The notes under the pieces are model-generated. The model ran no database searches and was not told the origin of the DNA. It was given only the letters and a program-made list of their open reading frames with translations. A DNA stretch of 55,866 bases from Microthyrium microscopicum. Its lineage: Eukaryota. Of the stretch, positions 1-12,000 are shown in pieces (position 1 is the stretch's first letter; each line of letters opens with the position of its first letter). A program made the position numbers and the translations under genes. The stretch lies in assembly GCA_010405405.1 (NCBI GenBank), contig MU004235.1:2410506-2466371 (forward strand), read 5' to 3'.

Positions 1-171
1 TAATATAAACGCTAAGACAAAGGGAACAATTCGTAGTAAGCTAGAGCCCCTAAAATTAGTGACCCTATGGTACGCTACACCCTCTAAAATTAGTTAGCGC
101 TATGTAGGGTCCCCTAAAATTAGTAAGTAGTAAGCACCTGTTTTGGGGTCCCAAAAAGGCTTAATTAATGT
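1..171. mobile_element. End of a RIP-mutated repeat, probably a DNA transposon terminus
   Basis: AT/TpA-rich, with three copies of CCC(T)CTAAAATTAGT (~47-60, ~80-94, ~111-124) resembling subterminal repeats. Composition returns to normal after ~170. The other end is outside the window. Confidence 0.5.
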
Positions 172-523
172 TGCATCCTGAAAATTCTCTGCGGTAACTG
201 GTTGGGATAGAGCTTGGATCCAGTAATTGAATCAACCAGGAAACTTGTATATCTCAAAACAGCTTGACAATCCACCTAGGTAGGTACTTAGAAGGTATGC
301 TAATCTTGTATTATGTGTGTCACTGTTTGAAAGGTGAGGATCAGATGAGGAAGAAGTGGGAGTCATGATTTATTCAACGGCATGACCATTTATTTCGTCC
401 ATCGGTTGTCGCTATTGGCCGAGGCTACTAGAGGATCCATCGCTGAGGCCCAGGAGGTTCAGGATATGATTGGAATTTTGGCTCCATTCATACAACTGGA
501 AACTTGCTATATTTGTTCTTCTC

Positions 524-1258
524 TCAGCAGTTATCATGATCTTGGCGTACGATAACATTATATAAAGCGTCCTGACTGAAAGCTTGACCACCAACCCCCC
601 ATCCAAGACATGCCTTGTAGATGGCTGTCGCCCCTTGAGCAATGAACACATAGCCAGAGATTGTGAGCGTTCTCACGCTCTAGTCACACCATTTAATGAA
701 TTATAAATTTACTGAGATCGAAAGAGCTTACATCATTGCACCACCAGATTGCAGAATCCCAGGAGCAACTTACTCGCGCGCAAGTTCTGGGCCCGGGGCC
801 TAGTGAAGGTCTGCCATGTAGCTGCTCCAGATAGTGAATTCCGTCTAGAATTGCATATTGGTTGGCGGCTATCCAGCCGAATTGTCCGAACAAGCAAACA
901 ACTCTGAATAAATCATTGGATGCTTTGTTTGATACTTGATTTTCTTCTATTGGGATCGATGGAGCGGTGATGTTGAGATCCTTTCGCCAGCTTGGCTTGA
1001 TAAGGTCAAGTTGAGCCATGACGGCCTGTATTGTGCCATTCAAGCTTTCCGCTTGACTGCCCAAGATGTCTGGAAAATCCCATTTCAAGACCTCAACTCC
1101 ATATCCTGGAATAGGTGCTTTAATATCTTGTTCCAGAGCCACTGCCTGTTTAAGAAACTGGTTAGATTTAGTATGATTTAATACAACTACCAATGGCTAC
1201 GTACTAGTGTAGAAGTAATGGACAACAGTAGTGACAAAGCGCGAGTGAAGGCAATCAT
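524..1258 (-). CDS. Small secreted cysteine-containing protein (~207 aa, 3 exons), effector-like
   Basis: Exons 1258-1205, 1145-732 and 679-524, joined by GTACGT..CAG and GTAAGC..TAG introns, give an open frame. Signal peptide MIAFTRALSLLLSITSTLAVA. Carries the widespread fungal motif CARVSCSWDSAIWWCND...GQAF...NVIVRQDHDNC*. Confidence 0.85.
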
Positions 1259-1927
1259 TTTGCTAAGAACTTAGATTGTATTGTGTTCATGCAATCATGA
1301 AGACTTCAATGTGACCCGTTAAAGTCGTTCGAAATTCACTTCATATCGAGTGCTAGTCATTCTTTTATAATTACTACACACCCAAACGTTGCCACAAGGT
1401 AGTGACAGTGCTATAATAGTACTCAGACACAAACATCTGGGAAGATAATACCACGTGTGCTTAGCATAGTGATATAGTCTCTGGGACTGTTGTACCAAAA
1501 ACGATACTTAGTAGTACAGCTAGTAGCTTTGTAGCTCCGATGAGATTTAGTTCAAGGATCACCTTTTCAACGTAGTTAAGAAGCGAACAGTCTGGAGTAG
1601 CACTATTAGACGGTCGCAACAGTGCAATCAGCCAGTTTTGCCAAGTGATGGATATATTGGATTGTTGGAGCCTGAAGCATAAAGAGTAGTAATATTGCCA
1701 CAAGCTTTTTGACTTTACACAAGCCGGACGTAATCATGGGATCAATTATTCGGAGTACAAATCACAATATTATCAATAGTGCTACAACTACCTCACTTTA
1801 GCTACTCACACAAAGGCTTGATTCACTATAAACGGAGAAAAACGGAACTAGTCAAGGCAACTCGCATGAAGACTCGCTCTTATTCAGTGTTGTATTTCGA
1901 CGAGTTATACACCAAGTTTTCTTCAAC

Positions 1928-2620
1928 TCAGCTAGGGGTTCGTGTTGCTCGAACAAACTCTACATCGGCCATTGAAATTCTCTCCAAAGGAACGGTAATC
2001 TTCCACCCGTTCTCTTTGTGCAAGTGTAACTTCCCATCCTTCAAATCAAGATACTTTGCTATGGTCGTATATCTCCCAGAAACATCAGTCCAGATCCTCA
2101 AATCGCCTGTTGGCCTGGCATATGTCTGTGTTCTTCGACTTTGATAAGCAACTACGGTAGCTTTGTGTTCATCGAGTGACAGTGCAGTCTGCGTCTCTAT
2201 ATATTCCAAATCTGTGACCGAGAGCTTTCGGAATGGCACTGTGATTCGAACTCCGTTGCTCTTGAAGAGCATGGCACTGTCGTCTCGAGTGCCAATCAGT
2301 TCGGCTGTGACTTTGAATACCAGGCTCCGATCTGTCCAAATTCTCATTTTCGTCGAGTCAGCGGGGTTGGATGGGACTTTTATATCTTTGAGATCAGGCT
2401 CCACAAGAGAGTCATTCGAGACTTCGTGCATCTCGTATTCAATTCTTTGTCGCTTTTTGGCACGTGGTGTATCATCGCCGGATGGGCTGTCATTGAGGTT
2501 TATTACATTTCGGGAATCATGGGCGATTTCGACCCCAGATTTCCTCTTTGTGTGGCTTTTGTCAGTCCAAACATGACCGACAAACCCAAAGAAAGTCAGT
2601 GTAGCTATGGAGAAGATCAT
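1928..2620 (-). CDS. Protein with two tandem SLA1 homology domain 1 (SHD1)-like repeats; 5' structure uncertain
   Basis: aa ~88-152 (KMRIWTDRSLVFKVTAELIG...NGVRITVPFRKLSVTDLEYIE...SLDEHK) and aa ~172-226 (LRIWTDVSGRYTTIAKYLDLKDGKLHLHKENGWKITVPLERISMADVEFV) both match the Sla1 SHD1 pattern R.WTDRSG.F.VEA.F....DGKIHLHK.NGVKIAVP..KMS..DL.YVE. An alternative ATG at 2646 followed by a GTAAGT donor makes the true start uncertain. Confidence 0.75.
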   Translation of the reverse strand: MIFSIATLTFFGFVGHVWTDKSHTKRKSGVEIAHDSRNVINLNDSPSGDDTPRAKKRQRIEYEMHEVSNDSLVEPDLKDIKVPSNPADSTKMRIWTDRSLVFKVTAELIGTRDDSAMLFKSNGVRITVPFRKLSVTDLEYIETQTALSLDEHKATVVAYQSRRTQTYARPTGDLRIWTDVSGRYTTIAKYLDLKDGKLHLHKENGWKITVPLERISMADVEFVRATRTPS

Positions 2621-3114
2621 TTGGTTGACTTACCGTCGCACGCCATTTTGAGCAATGGTTGCCGTCTCCTCTAAATGATAAGGTGACGTAGAATACCAAG
2701 ACTCTCGGAAAAGCGGTGTGCTCATAGTTACTGCCATATCTAAATGCTTTCGGGGAAAGCGGATGAGTGCGAAGTCAAATAGTTTGATTTCAAATGTAGA
2801 CTACTGGTTGATTATGGTATGCCCGGGTCGAGAAAGATCCAGCAGCTTGCTCTATGCTGCTGCCTGAGAGGGGTTCAAACCTGCAGGCACATGCATAACA
2901 GACAATCTGCGGCCTCAGTAGTAGACGATGTCCCTTTCCAGATAATGCCATTTAGTCTCCGCAATATTCAAATGTGTCTGTATGTGATACCGTTGCTTTC
3001 TACACAAGTAGGTCTGGTCCTTCAAAGCACATTGAAGACCGTACCAAGCAATGATTTCAATTCTTTGGTGAGCCTTCAGCATGCTATATCTATATCGTAC
3101 AATTCTTCAATCCT

Positions 3115-4394
3115 CTATGGTAGCGCATCAACACTCTTGCCATTTACACTCGTACCATTCGCATCTTTCTTCTCATAGCCTGTAGGCTTCTCAACAACGT
3201 CTAGCCATCCCCATTGATCCTCAACACTACCCAATTGCACGCCTCTCAGCGTCGAGAGCAGCTTGTCGCACACTGGACCAGCATCGTCGCCCTTGAGATA
3301 GTCGATCTTGTCTTTATTCGCCCGGCTGGTGATTGACTTGATGGGAACCAGCGCCGCTGCCGTGCCTGCCGCCATGACTTCCTCAAAGCCCTTAAGTTCA
3401 GAGTATGGTATCTAAACATCGTTAGTCAAAGTCACATATAGAGCCACCATAGACTTACCCGTCTCTTCTCAACGCTCCAGCCAAGACTCTTCGCAATCTC
3501 ACAGACACTCTCACTAGTCACACTCCTTATGACATTCTTACTATCTGGCACTACCAACGTCTTTCCCTCGCCGTTTTTCTTGACACCAATGAATCCACTC
3601 GTACTGAACTCATCAATCTCGCTCCGCGTCTTGCTGTCCAAATGCAACGTGATACCAAAGCCTTCACTACCCGCCTTCTCGCTATGCTTCAGCACTGGCG
3701 CATAATTACCACCAATCTTCGCACTGCCAGTACCCTCAGGCGCAGCCCGATCGAAGTCTTCGAGGATGAGTGCATCCACTGCCTTTGTTCCATGATAGAC
3801 GCCAACTGGCATCACAAACACCACGAATGTATACTCGACCGGTGGATTCAACCCTAGTTGCGCAGAACTTCCGAACAATAATGGGCGGACATACATCGCT
3901 GCACCGCTCTCATGTGGGGGTACAAATTCGGCATTGAGACCAACAGCGAGCTTTACGCACTTGAGGAAGTGCTCGACAGGTACCTCGGGGATAGAAATGG
4001 TGCGCGCGGAATGTTGCATTCGCAAGGCGTTTTGGTCTGGGCGGAAGATGGAGATTTGGCCGGATGGAGAGCGGAAAGCTTTCATGCCTTCGTAGCATTG
4101 TTGGCCGTAGTTCAAGCCGGGGGCCATTGCGTGGATGCGAAGGTAAGGATCGGGGATGAATTGGGGAGTTGTCCATTGGCCGGTCTTTTTGGAGAAAGTG
4201 GACTCGATGTGGCCGTTGCCTATATCATGATCAGTATATTGAGAGGAGAAACAGGAAGTTTGACTTTGACGAACCTTCGCGGACTTGAAAGCCAACATTG
4301 TTCCAGTCTGGTGTTCTGTTAGCACTTTTTGGTAGTCTAGGGAGAGAGTGACGATACCAATGGTGTTGGTTGGCGGGGGTGGAAACGAAGCCAT
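3115..4394 (-). CDS. Branched-chain amino acid aminotransferase (class IV PLP enzyme), 4 exons
   Basis: Motifs LNYGQQCYEGMKAFR, FRPDQNA.RM, YVRP, AKIGGNYAP, IDEFSTS, SVTS and EVMAAGTAAALVPI. Introns near 4357-4310, 4277-4221 and 3460-3414. Confidence 0.93.
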
Positions 4395-4630
4395 AATTGC
4401 GCTTTGAGTCTTGGGGTTTTGTTCGATTTGGGGAGACGTGTGAGGAAGAGAAAGAAGAGTTCAACCACCAAAGCACCGTCAGCCTTCGTATTGTGCTTGT
4501 CTGGTTACAACCAGGCGGAGGGAGGAGATTGCCGAGATGTTTTGTAAATTTTGGAAGAAAGTGTGAAGTCACAGCCGATGTCGGAGTCGAGGGTCCTTAT
4601 TGATCGCCAGGTACGGTTTGCAACGGCATC

Positions 4631-4662
4631 CCTTCTCCTTCTCCTTCTCCTACTCCTACTCC
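4631..4662. repeat. (CT[T/A]CTC)n pyrimidine-rich microsatellite upstream of the aminotransferase
   Basis: Directly visible: ccttctccttctccttctcctactcctactcct. Confidence 0.8.
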
Positions 4663-5131
4663 TAGAGTACAACTACTGGTTCTCCAACAACGGCCTGTTT
4701 GATTGTCAACGTACAGTATATCTGGCCGAGTGACAACTGAAAGTATGTCACTGCAACTCTATGCCTGGAGATAGAAACACGAGTTAAAAAAAAGCAAATC
4801 ATCGCTTCATTGAACCTAATAGGTCATGGCTATTCATGCCACCCAGCGCCTGAAAATGCTACGAGAACCGCCGTGTAAGACACTAAACAATAATAACCGT
4901 CTCATGCGACCTATAAACCACCCGCCAGCCCACCGACCAATATCACTTTCATATCAGTTTCCAAAATCGGTTCCAAGATTTCACATCATCATCCTACCAT
5001 ACACCAGGCTTCCCCCAAAGAGATGATCCATGAGCCCCAGCAGTGGCGCACGTCTAATTGTATGAATGTTTGTCGGTGATGTTGGTTGCTGAAATCGTTC
5101 ATGATTGTAGAGTATGTATACGACGCGAAGG

Positions 5132-6214
5132 CTACTCGACAATCTCATCGATTGCATAGAGGTTTTGGCTTAGAATCTTGTTCATGGTGAACATGTGCAC
5201 AGTATCTTGCTTGAAGACGGAGCGTAGCGCATCATCACAGAGAATTTGTCGTTTGTCGTCCGGCTTTTGCAGGTTGTTCTCTTTGATATATGCCCAGATT
5301 CTCTTGACTGTCTGTGGACGGGAGAGCTAGATACGTATTAGGCACCTTTCCAAATTCACTGAGAGTATGTAGCTTACCTGAGTTTCGCCAAGAAGTTGAG
5401 CGAGCGGCGGGGATAGACTCATAGGCTTCTATGAAATTGTCAGTATTGTCGCATAAGGTGTTAAGAGTGTGGGGAGACACGTACGTGAAACCCGCCAGTT
5501 CGATTGACTTCTCGTTCAGCACCTGAAGCAGCTTCGCTATCATCATCACTAGTGATTTTCGTCTTGCTCTTCTTCTTTTTGGGCTTCTCCCTCTTCACCG
5601 GCGCCTTGCGCTTGTTGGTACCACCACCACGTGTGCTGCGCGCACGACCATTCTCCTCCGCCTGTAATCTAGCAGCCAAAACTGCATCCGCATCTTGTGC
5701 TCCGCGAGGTGTGGTCTTTGTGGTTTTCGATGTCTTTTGTTTCTTGACAGGGGGAGGTGATGCGGCAGTGGAGAAGCTTTCAGAGGACATGGGACGTTTG
5801 CCATTGGTAGTGACATGGCCGCCGTCGGTGTCGCCATTGGTGGTGATGGGTGGCTTGTGATCATCGCTCGTCTCGTTGTTGGGTTCGTTGAAGCTCGCAA
5901 CGATATCGAACCGTTGCAGGATCAGGGCTTTTAGGGAATACTGCAATGGCGGTTAGTTGCGCATGAGCGGAGGTTGGAAATATGATCGTATACCTTGTAA
6001 GGTGCCAAATCTTGCTTCATCACCTTCTGAACTCCGGCCATGATCTTCTTGGTTGTGATGGTATCGATATCGGTTGCGACAAGGATGCCATCGATGATGG
6101 TGGTGCATTTTTCCTTCAAGTCTGGCGGCACTGTGGGGTAATGGTTAGTTCTTTGAAACGTTGAATATTCGGAGCTTGCCTCATACATTCCGCGTGTCCT
6201 GAGGCCTCCGACAT
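5132..6214 (-). CDS. DEK-C plus SWIB/MDM2 domain protein (Uaf30/Spp27/Tri1-like), multi-exon
   Basis: N-terminal IIDGILVATDIDTITTKKI (DEK-C), then DADAVLAARLQAEEN and a Lys-rich linker. Spliced C-terminus GGFHKPMSLS...SRPQTVKRIWAYIKENNLQKPDDKRQILCDDALRSVFKQDTVHMFTMNKILSQNLY (SWIB). Confidence 0.9.
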
Positions 6215-7150
6215 GTTGGTCAGCTTTACTGGTAAAGCTGTGCGGTTGTGTCGGAGTTCGGAAATGGTAAGAAGGGAGGAGACAGAGACAAAAGGCGTGG
6301 CTGGGTGGTTATAAGAGCTACTGAGCGGGCAGCAGAGCAAGCGCAATCGACAATGGTGATGTTCCTGAGAGCAACAACAAGGTGCAGTTGCGAACTGTGT
6401 ATAGACCGGGACAGCGAAACAATCAGAATATGCTGGGGATGTTGGTCTCGAACAAGGACAGTGAATGGTTCGCGGCGGGACGGCTAGTATCCGAAGCGAG
6501 ACTGGCGTGATTGCGCAGAAGCAGTGCTTGTGGGAAGGAACAAGACAGAAGCAAGCTTAGTGAGAATTGCGTTCCTAGCGAAAGGTAGCAAACGAGAGCG
6601 ATATATGTTGAAGAATAGTAGTTGGTGGTTGAAGTGAACCAAGAGTGTTGGAGTGGGCGTTGAGAGAGGGTCATGAGCAAGAGCGCGCTAGAGGGCTCAT
6701 CGGCTGCCTTTCCCATACTACTCTCTCATTGGTTGTTGGGGATTCTTGGCTCAATCTATGAATTCTCATTGGCTGAAAAGTCTTATAGTCCACCAACCAC
6801 AGGGACTTGCCTGTTTTGGATCACGATGGTTTCACTAAATCTTCATTTTCTGGCCCCAGCCTCATTTTTCTCCAGAGGCCACATAGAATACATTTTCACT
6901 CGGCCTTATATTTTGCAGCAACATATTCAAGATGCACTTTAACCGTGTCTTCGAAAGACCGTCTCGACTATTCTTGTCATGTGAAGCTGTTTCATTGATG
7001 CTATTAGTGTCTCCCAATGAAGATTACAAAAATGTCTTCATTATGATTCGAATTATCTAGTTATATGCTACAAACTATACGCTCAAATATATGCCTTTTC
7101 GCATCGTGAGACATTAACAGATTCCTCCGACAGACAGCCAAGACTGTCCA

Positions 7151-10100
7151 TTAAATCTCCTGACTGAGCCTTGCGCGCTCCCTCTCGATGGGCGTCCCAA
7201 AGCGAATATGCGCCGCCGCTCCACCAGTCGTTGAACTCAATCGACTGCGATCCGTCCGATCACTCAGCGGACTCAGGTCTCTCACCATACTAGTCCTGGG
7301 CGGATCTTCAAACATTCCTCTATCCCTGCCCTTCTCATCTGAGGAAAATCGACTCTCACTGTATCGCTTTGCGCTCACCGCGTCCTCTAGTCTTCCTCTG
7401 GTAGACTCCTTGTGTCCGAAAAGGCGTCGCCATGTCCGTTTTACCAAGCCGAACACATCATCTACGCTGAAGGCGAGCACGACGAGTGGAATGGTGAGGC
7501 CGAAGCCAATACCAAACATATACTTGGCTACATAGCCCAGTGGCATGCTCTGCTGTCCATTCTCTTTAGGAAATTCTTGGATGTTGATGGCGAAGACAGC
7601 AGCGATGAATGAAAGCGGGAGAAAGATAATAGTGACGATAGTAAACACCATGATCGTCTGTCCTTGCCTCGCCGTCAGTGCAGCTTGGTCGCGGGCAAAC
7701 CGTGCCTCAAAGGCGTTTGCATGCTTCTGCTTCAAATCCAAAAGATGCGTCAACGACGAGTAGATAAGCTGCGCTTGCTGATCCATTCTTATGATATCAT
7801 TCAAATGCACATCAATCAGCTTCATCTGGTCCTTGACACGTTTTCGATATTCACTAGCTTCTTCGGATCGTTTGCCGCCGCCAATTTCGTCAGAAATGTG
7901 GTCTGCTAAGTTTGGGAGCACGTTCATTTGGGACTGCAGGACTTTTTTGATGATGCCGAGTTCATCGCGGATGTCTTTGATCTCGGCCAGTAGTTTTGAC
8001 TCACGCCGGATGTCTAGGAGTGTGTCGACGAACATGGGATCGTTTATGTCATCATCACCAGCCCCTGAGCCCATCAGCATCCGTCGACGACTTTGTCGGT
8101 TCTCGTGGAGCCAGGATGCCGCGCGCTGACTGGCTTCATTAAAACGCTCAAAGAGCACGGTTTCTTGGTTTGTAACGTGTCCGATGGAGGCGTCAAACAT
8201 GTCCATGAACTGATAGTTTTCATTGTCCAGTCTATGTCTATCAAAGACACCCGAGCACCGGCCGGTGATAAGCATGGCAAGATCATACACTGATTCAACC
8301 GGTGGGCGGGTTTTAGCATTCATGTCCTCGATGATGCCGTCTAGAACGTTGAGTGGGTCGTTCTTGGGCTGTTGCCAGCGTTGCGGGAAGGAAGTTATGA
8401 CAAGTTCTTTGCTGATGATCCAGAGCCAGAGTTGATCTACCATGAAGACTTTGCGCTCTAAATCGTGGCGTTCGCAGTATCGGTAGACTACTTGGTCTTG
8501 GTCGCGGAGAGATGTATCGATTGAGCTGTAGTAGGATTGATCCAGAGTGCGTCTGGCATGGAGGCCGGGAGAGTGGTTTATGTATGCTTGGATTAATAGG
8601 TCGTCGGACGTGGGTGCATCGGGTGAGATTAATGATGGGTCGTTGGATATGTATGATCGCCTTATTGCTCGGCTCATTTTGGCTCTTGACGTATCGGATT
8701 CATAATGAAGATATGGCATCTTCACGAATTAGCCAGTGTCATTATTGAGGACTGAAGACATCCATAACTTACGAAAAGCACAACTTTTCCACTAGCAGTT
8801 ATACCACGCGGAGGTGTCTTAATGCCAGTACTCTTGTCGCCTCCTTTGTTTCCCTTCCCAGTCGTTTGACTATTGCTTTGGTTATTACGAGCTGGTGAAT
8901 CTGATTTTGCTCCTTTCTTATTATGTCGTTCTGCAAACTTTTCTGCTTTCGACTTTTTCTTCTCCTTTTCCTTCTCTGGCTTTGGTGAGGGTGATGGCGA
9001 ACGTGGTTCTTTCCCGGCTTCTGTCCCCTTTTCTGGGAGAAGTGTAGTAGACCCTTTCATTGGAGTTGCCGCTTCAATTGTGATTTTCGGCGTACTAGAC
9101 GGCCCAACTGAGCTACCTTCCTGTATCACTACTTTCTCAATTGGTAGCATATAAGCTTTCGGATTCGTCATAGCTGGAATCCGCTGGCAAAAAGTGCGCA
9201 TGTAATTAGCATGCACTTCCTTGCCGCGATGTTCCTGCGCAAAACATTTCCCCAACGCTTTGAAGTCCTCAATCTCACGATGTCCACTCTCAACAAAAGA
9301 TTTCGTAAGTGCTGCTTCGACCCAAGCCAAGTTGTTCGCTGGCATATGGATCCATCGAAATGTCGGTCGTACCTTGACGTTGCGCACTTGTGTTGGGATT
9401 TTTGGCTTGTCGGTACCTTTGTCCCAGCCGTAGAGCAAGTCATACACTGAATTTTTGAGAACTCGCTGTTTACGCTCGCGCGGCACAACATCGATACCAA
9501 AGTCAACAATTGTCGCTTCGAAAGCCTCGCATGCTTCTTTTGCTGCTGCGCTTAGGCGACCGCCGTTCTTTACAGGCGATAGCATATACACGATGCTTCG
9601 GTGGCCTTGTTCAGCAGCGCTTATCAAGGGCGTTCGGTTGAATGCATCTTTGACCGATAATCTTGCTTCCGGCCGTGCGATGAGTTTCTCGACGATCGTT
9701 TCGTGCCCATTCTGCGAGGCCCAATGCAATGCCGTCATACCGTTTGACAACTCCGCGTTGACCAACGCGCCAGCTCCCAGTAATTTTGCGACCAGCGTAT
9801 CATAGCCCTTTTCAGCAGCAGTATGTAAAGGTGTCCAGCCTCCATCGCTGATGACCCGTGGGTTTGCACCTCGCGATAAAAGCAGGGTCACAATATCTTC
9901 ATGATTTTTCTCCGTCGCAAACGCCAGCGCTGTCCGCCCACGGTTATTGCCACTATTCCACCGTCAGCAAATACTTCTATTGGCTCAGGATTGTGACATA
10001 CGCTTCCATGTTAACACCAAACTCCAACAACACCCTCACCAACTCCAGTTTATTCGTATCCGCAGCCCAGATCAATGCCGTCCTCTTCCCTGCATCTCTT

Positions 10101-10734
10101 GCCTCAACGTCCGCACCCTTCTCCAACAAATACTTCACCACGCCCTCGTGTACTGTCGTCCACCCTCTATTCATCTTCTCCGCCGCCAAATGCACCAACG
10201 CCGTCCGTCCCTCTCGGTCCCGCGCATTAACCTCACATCCTGCGTCAAGCAATATCTTCAAGGCCTCCACATAGCCCCTCAGCACTACCGGAAACAAACT
10301 TGTCCTCCCATATCGGTCTCTCGCCTCCACATTCGCGCCATGCTTCAGAAGCGCCTTGACAACGCTCAAATGACCATTCTCAGCAGCGCGGTATAGTGCC
10401 GCGACCTCGCTGTCTTTACGCGCATCGACTACCGCGCCGGCGGACAGGAGTGTAGATGTAAGGCCGATGTTACCACGGGCAGCAACGCGCTGGAGTCCTT
10501 GGCGCAAGGCGTCGCGGTCGCGGGGATGCGTCCAGGTGTGTTCAGGGTCAGAGAGAAGTGCCCGGACGGCAGGCTCGTTGCCGGATGCTAGAGCACATTA
10601 GCGTCAGCAACTCAAGACAGAGCTGGCAGCGCTCGGGGGTGATGTTTGTAGGATGGAGAGGGTATTTGCTTACCACAGGCGTGGATGAGACGGGTGTGAC
10701 GAGTTTCGGGAGCGTTGGAGCCGACGGATGACAT
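7151..10734 (-). CDS. Ankyrin-repeat plus CorA-like Mg2+ transporter domain fusion protein, multi-exon
   Basis: ORFs 9977-10507 and 8722-9891 carry about 9 ankyrin repeats (ALYRAAENGH, TPLHTAAEKG, TALHWASQNGH). These are followed by FRWIHMPANN.AWV, MPYLHYE, LHARRTLDQSYY, MVDQLWLW, LLDLKQKHAN and two C-terminal TM helices (IMVFTIVTIIFLPLSF..AVFAIN; YMFGIGFGLTIPLV). GT-AG introns link the frames. Confidence 0.88.
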
Positions 10735-12000
10735 GACGGCTAGCGATTCGACATTTCGGATAGTGGAGGTCGACGGTGTAGGTGTCGATAGGATTTTTAG
10801 TGGTGAGGATTGTTGTTGCGACTCGAAGATTTGCAAAGGGATGGGATGGGATGGCTTGGCTTGCGGTAGTGGCGTGCAGGTGGCGTCTTACATGCATGTG
10901 GGGATCACAGGGGTAGCTTGAGAAGGTGATGAGTTTGGTGATACAGATATTGGATGCATTAGGTATAGAGGGGTGGAAAATCTTTATACTAGAATATAAA
11001 GAGAAGGTAACTTGGCGCCATGTTTGGTCATACAATGAAGTTGAGTCTCCCTGACTATCAAGATCTTGATGTATTGGAAGTTTAAAGTCCTGGTGTTAGC
11101 GTCCCACTTGCGACTCAAGACTTCAGCGCAGCAGAACGGGAACATTCGCCGAGATAGGTACCATTGCGAGAGATGCAAATTGAGGTCGGTTTCGCAAGCC
11201 AAATTCGCAAAGATGGAGCTGAAGTAAACATACCTAGGTACAGAGGCTCAGGGAGTTTCAAGTCAGAAATCGATCCAGGTCGTCTCGTGGATTCCACCAG
11301 ACGTTCAATATCAAAAGAACATCAATGAAATCATCATGCAGCGCATTCTGATTGGCTGAATGCTCCCATCACCTCTCAACTTCAGCCCTTCCGTCTCATC
11401 TTCACCTACAACGGGACCATCGTTTTCATGGTTCTTTCGATATCAATAAGAACATTATAATACGCAAAAGATTGGATTAAGTATTTTCCATAATGGTGCC
11501 CGTTGAAAAACAAATAAACTCTCAAAAGATATGGCGGTGCCTTGCAGGACTAAATCAGTGACCATTGGGACAAAACCTCTATCCACACTCTAAAATTTCG
11601 GTTTACCCAAAGGTTTGAGAGGGGGAATCCTCAAGGTAAGAGAACCCGCCGTCTTTTATTACGTGTATGATGCGCCCCAAGTTAGTATGGTCGTCATAAA
11701 CGTAGGCTACGAAATTTCGTTCTCCGTTAAACAACCCTGTCGCTCAAATGCCATAGGAGAAACTTACAATCAAACAGTATATAACTAGCAACTGAATTTC
11801 CAATTGCAGATGATCACTCAATAAATTGGTGAACACTGCCCTTACAGATGATTTTACTAGGTGACAAATTTTCTCCTGTTCCAAGAAACTGGCGGAAACA
11901 TCATTTCACAAAATTTAAAGCTCCGACCCTATAAAAAACCTATGGTGGTCTGGTTCTCTACGCTCATTAATCATCGTCCTCTTCACAACATATTGCAATA

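Noticed and set aside
2560..2620. Signal peptide on the SHD1 protein (MIFSIATLTFFGFVG)
   Set aside because: This stretch lies between a GTAAGT donor (2633) and CTGAC branch-like sites, so it may be intronic. Secretion is not claimed.
4551..4733. 60-aa ORF with a poly-Leu run
   Set aside because: It is the translation of the CTTCTC microsatellite.
7188..10396. Many 60-150 aa plus-strand ORFs over the ANK-CorA gene, and similar antisense ORFs over other genes
   Set aside because: Shadow ORFs of real coding sequence with no motifs.
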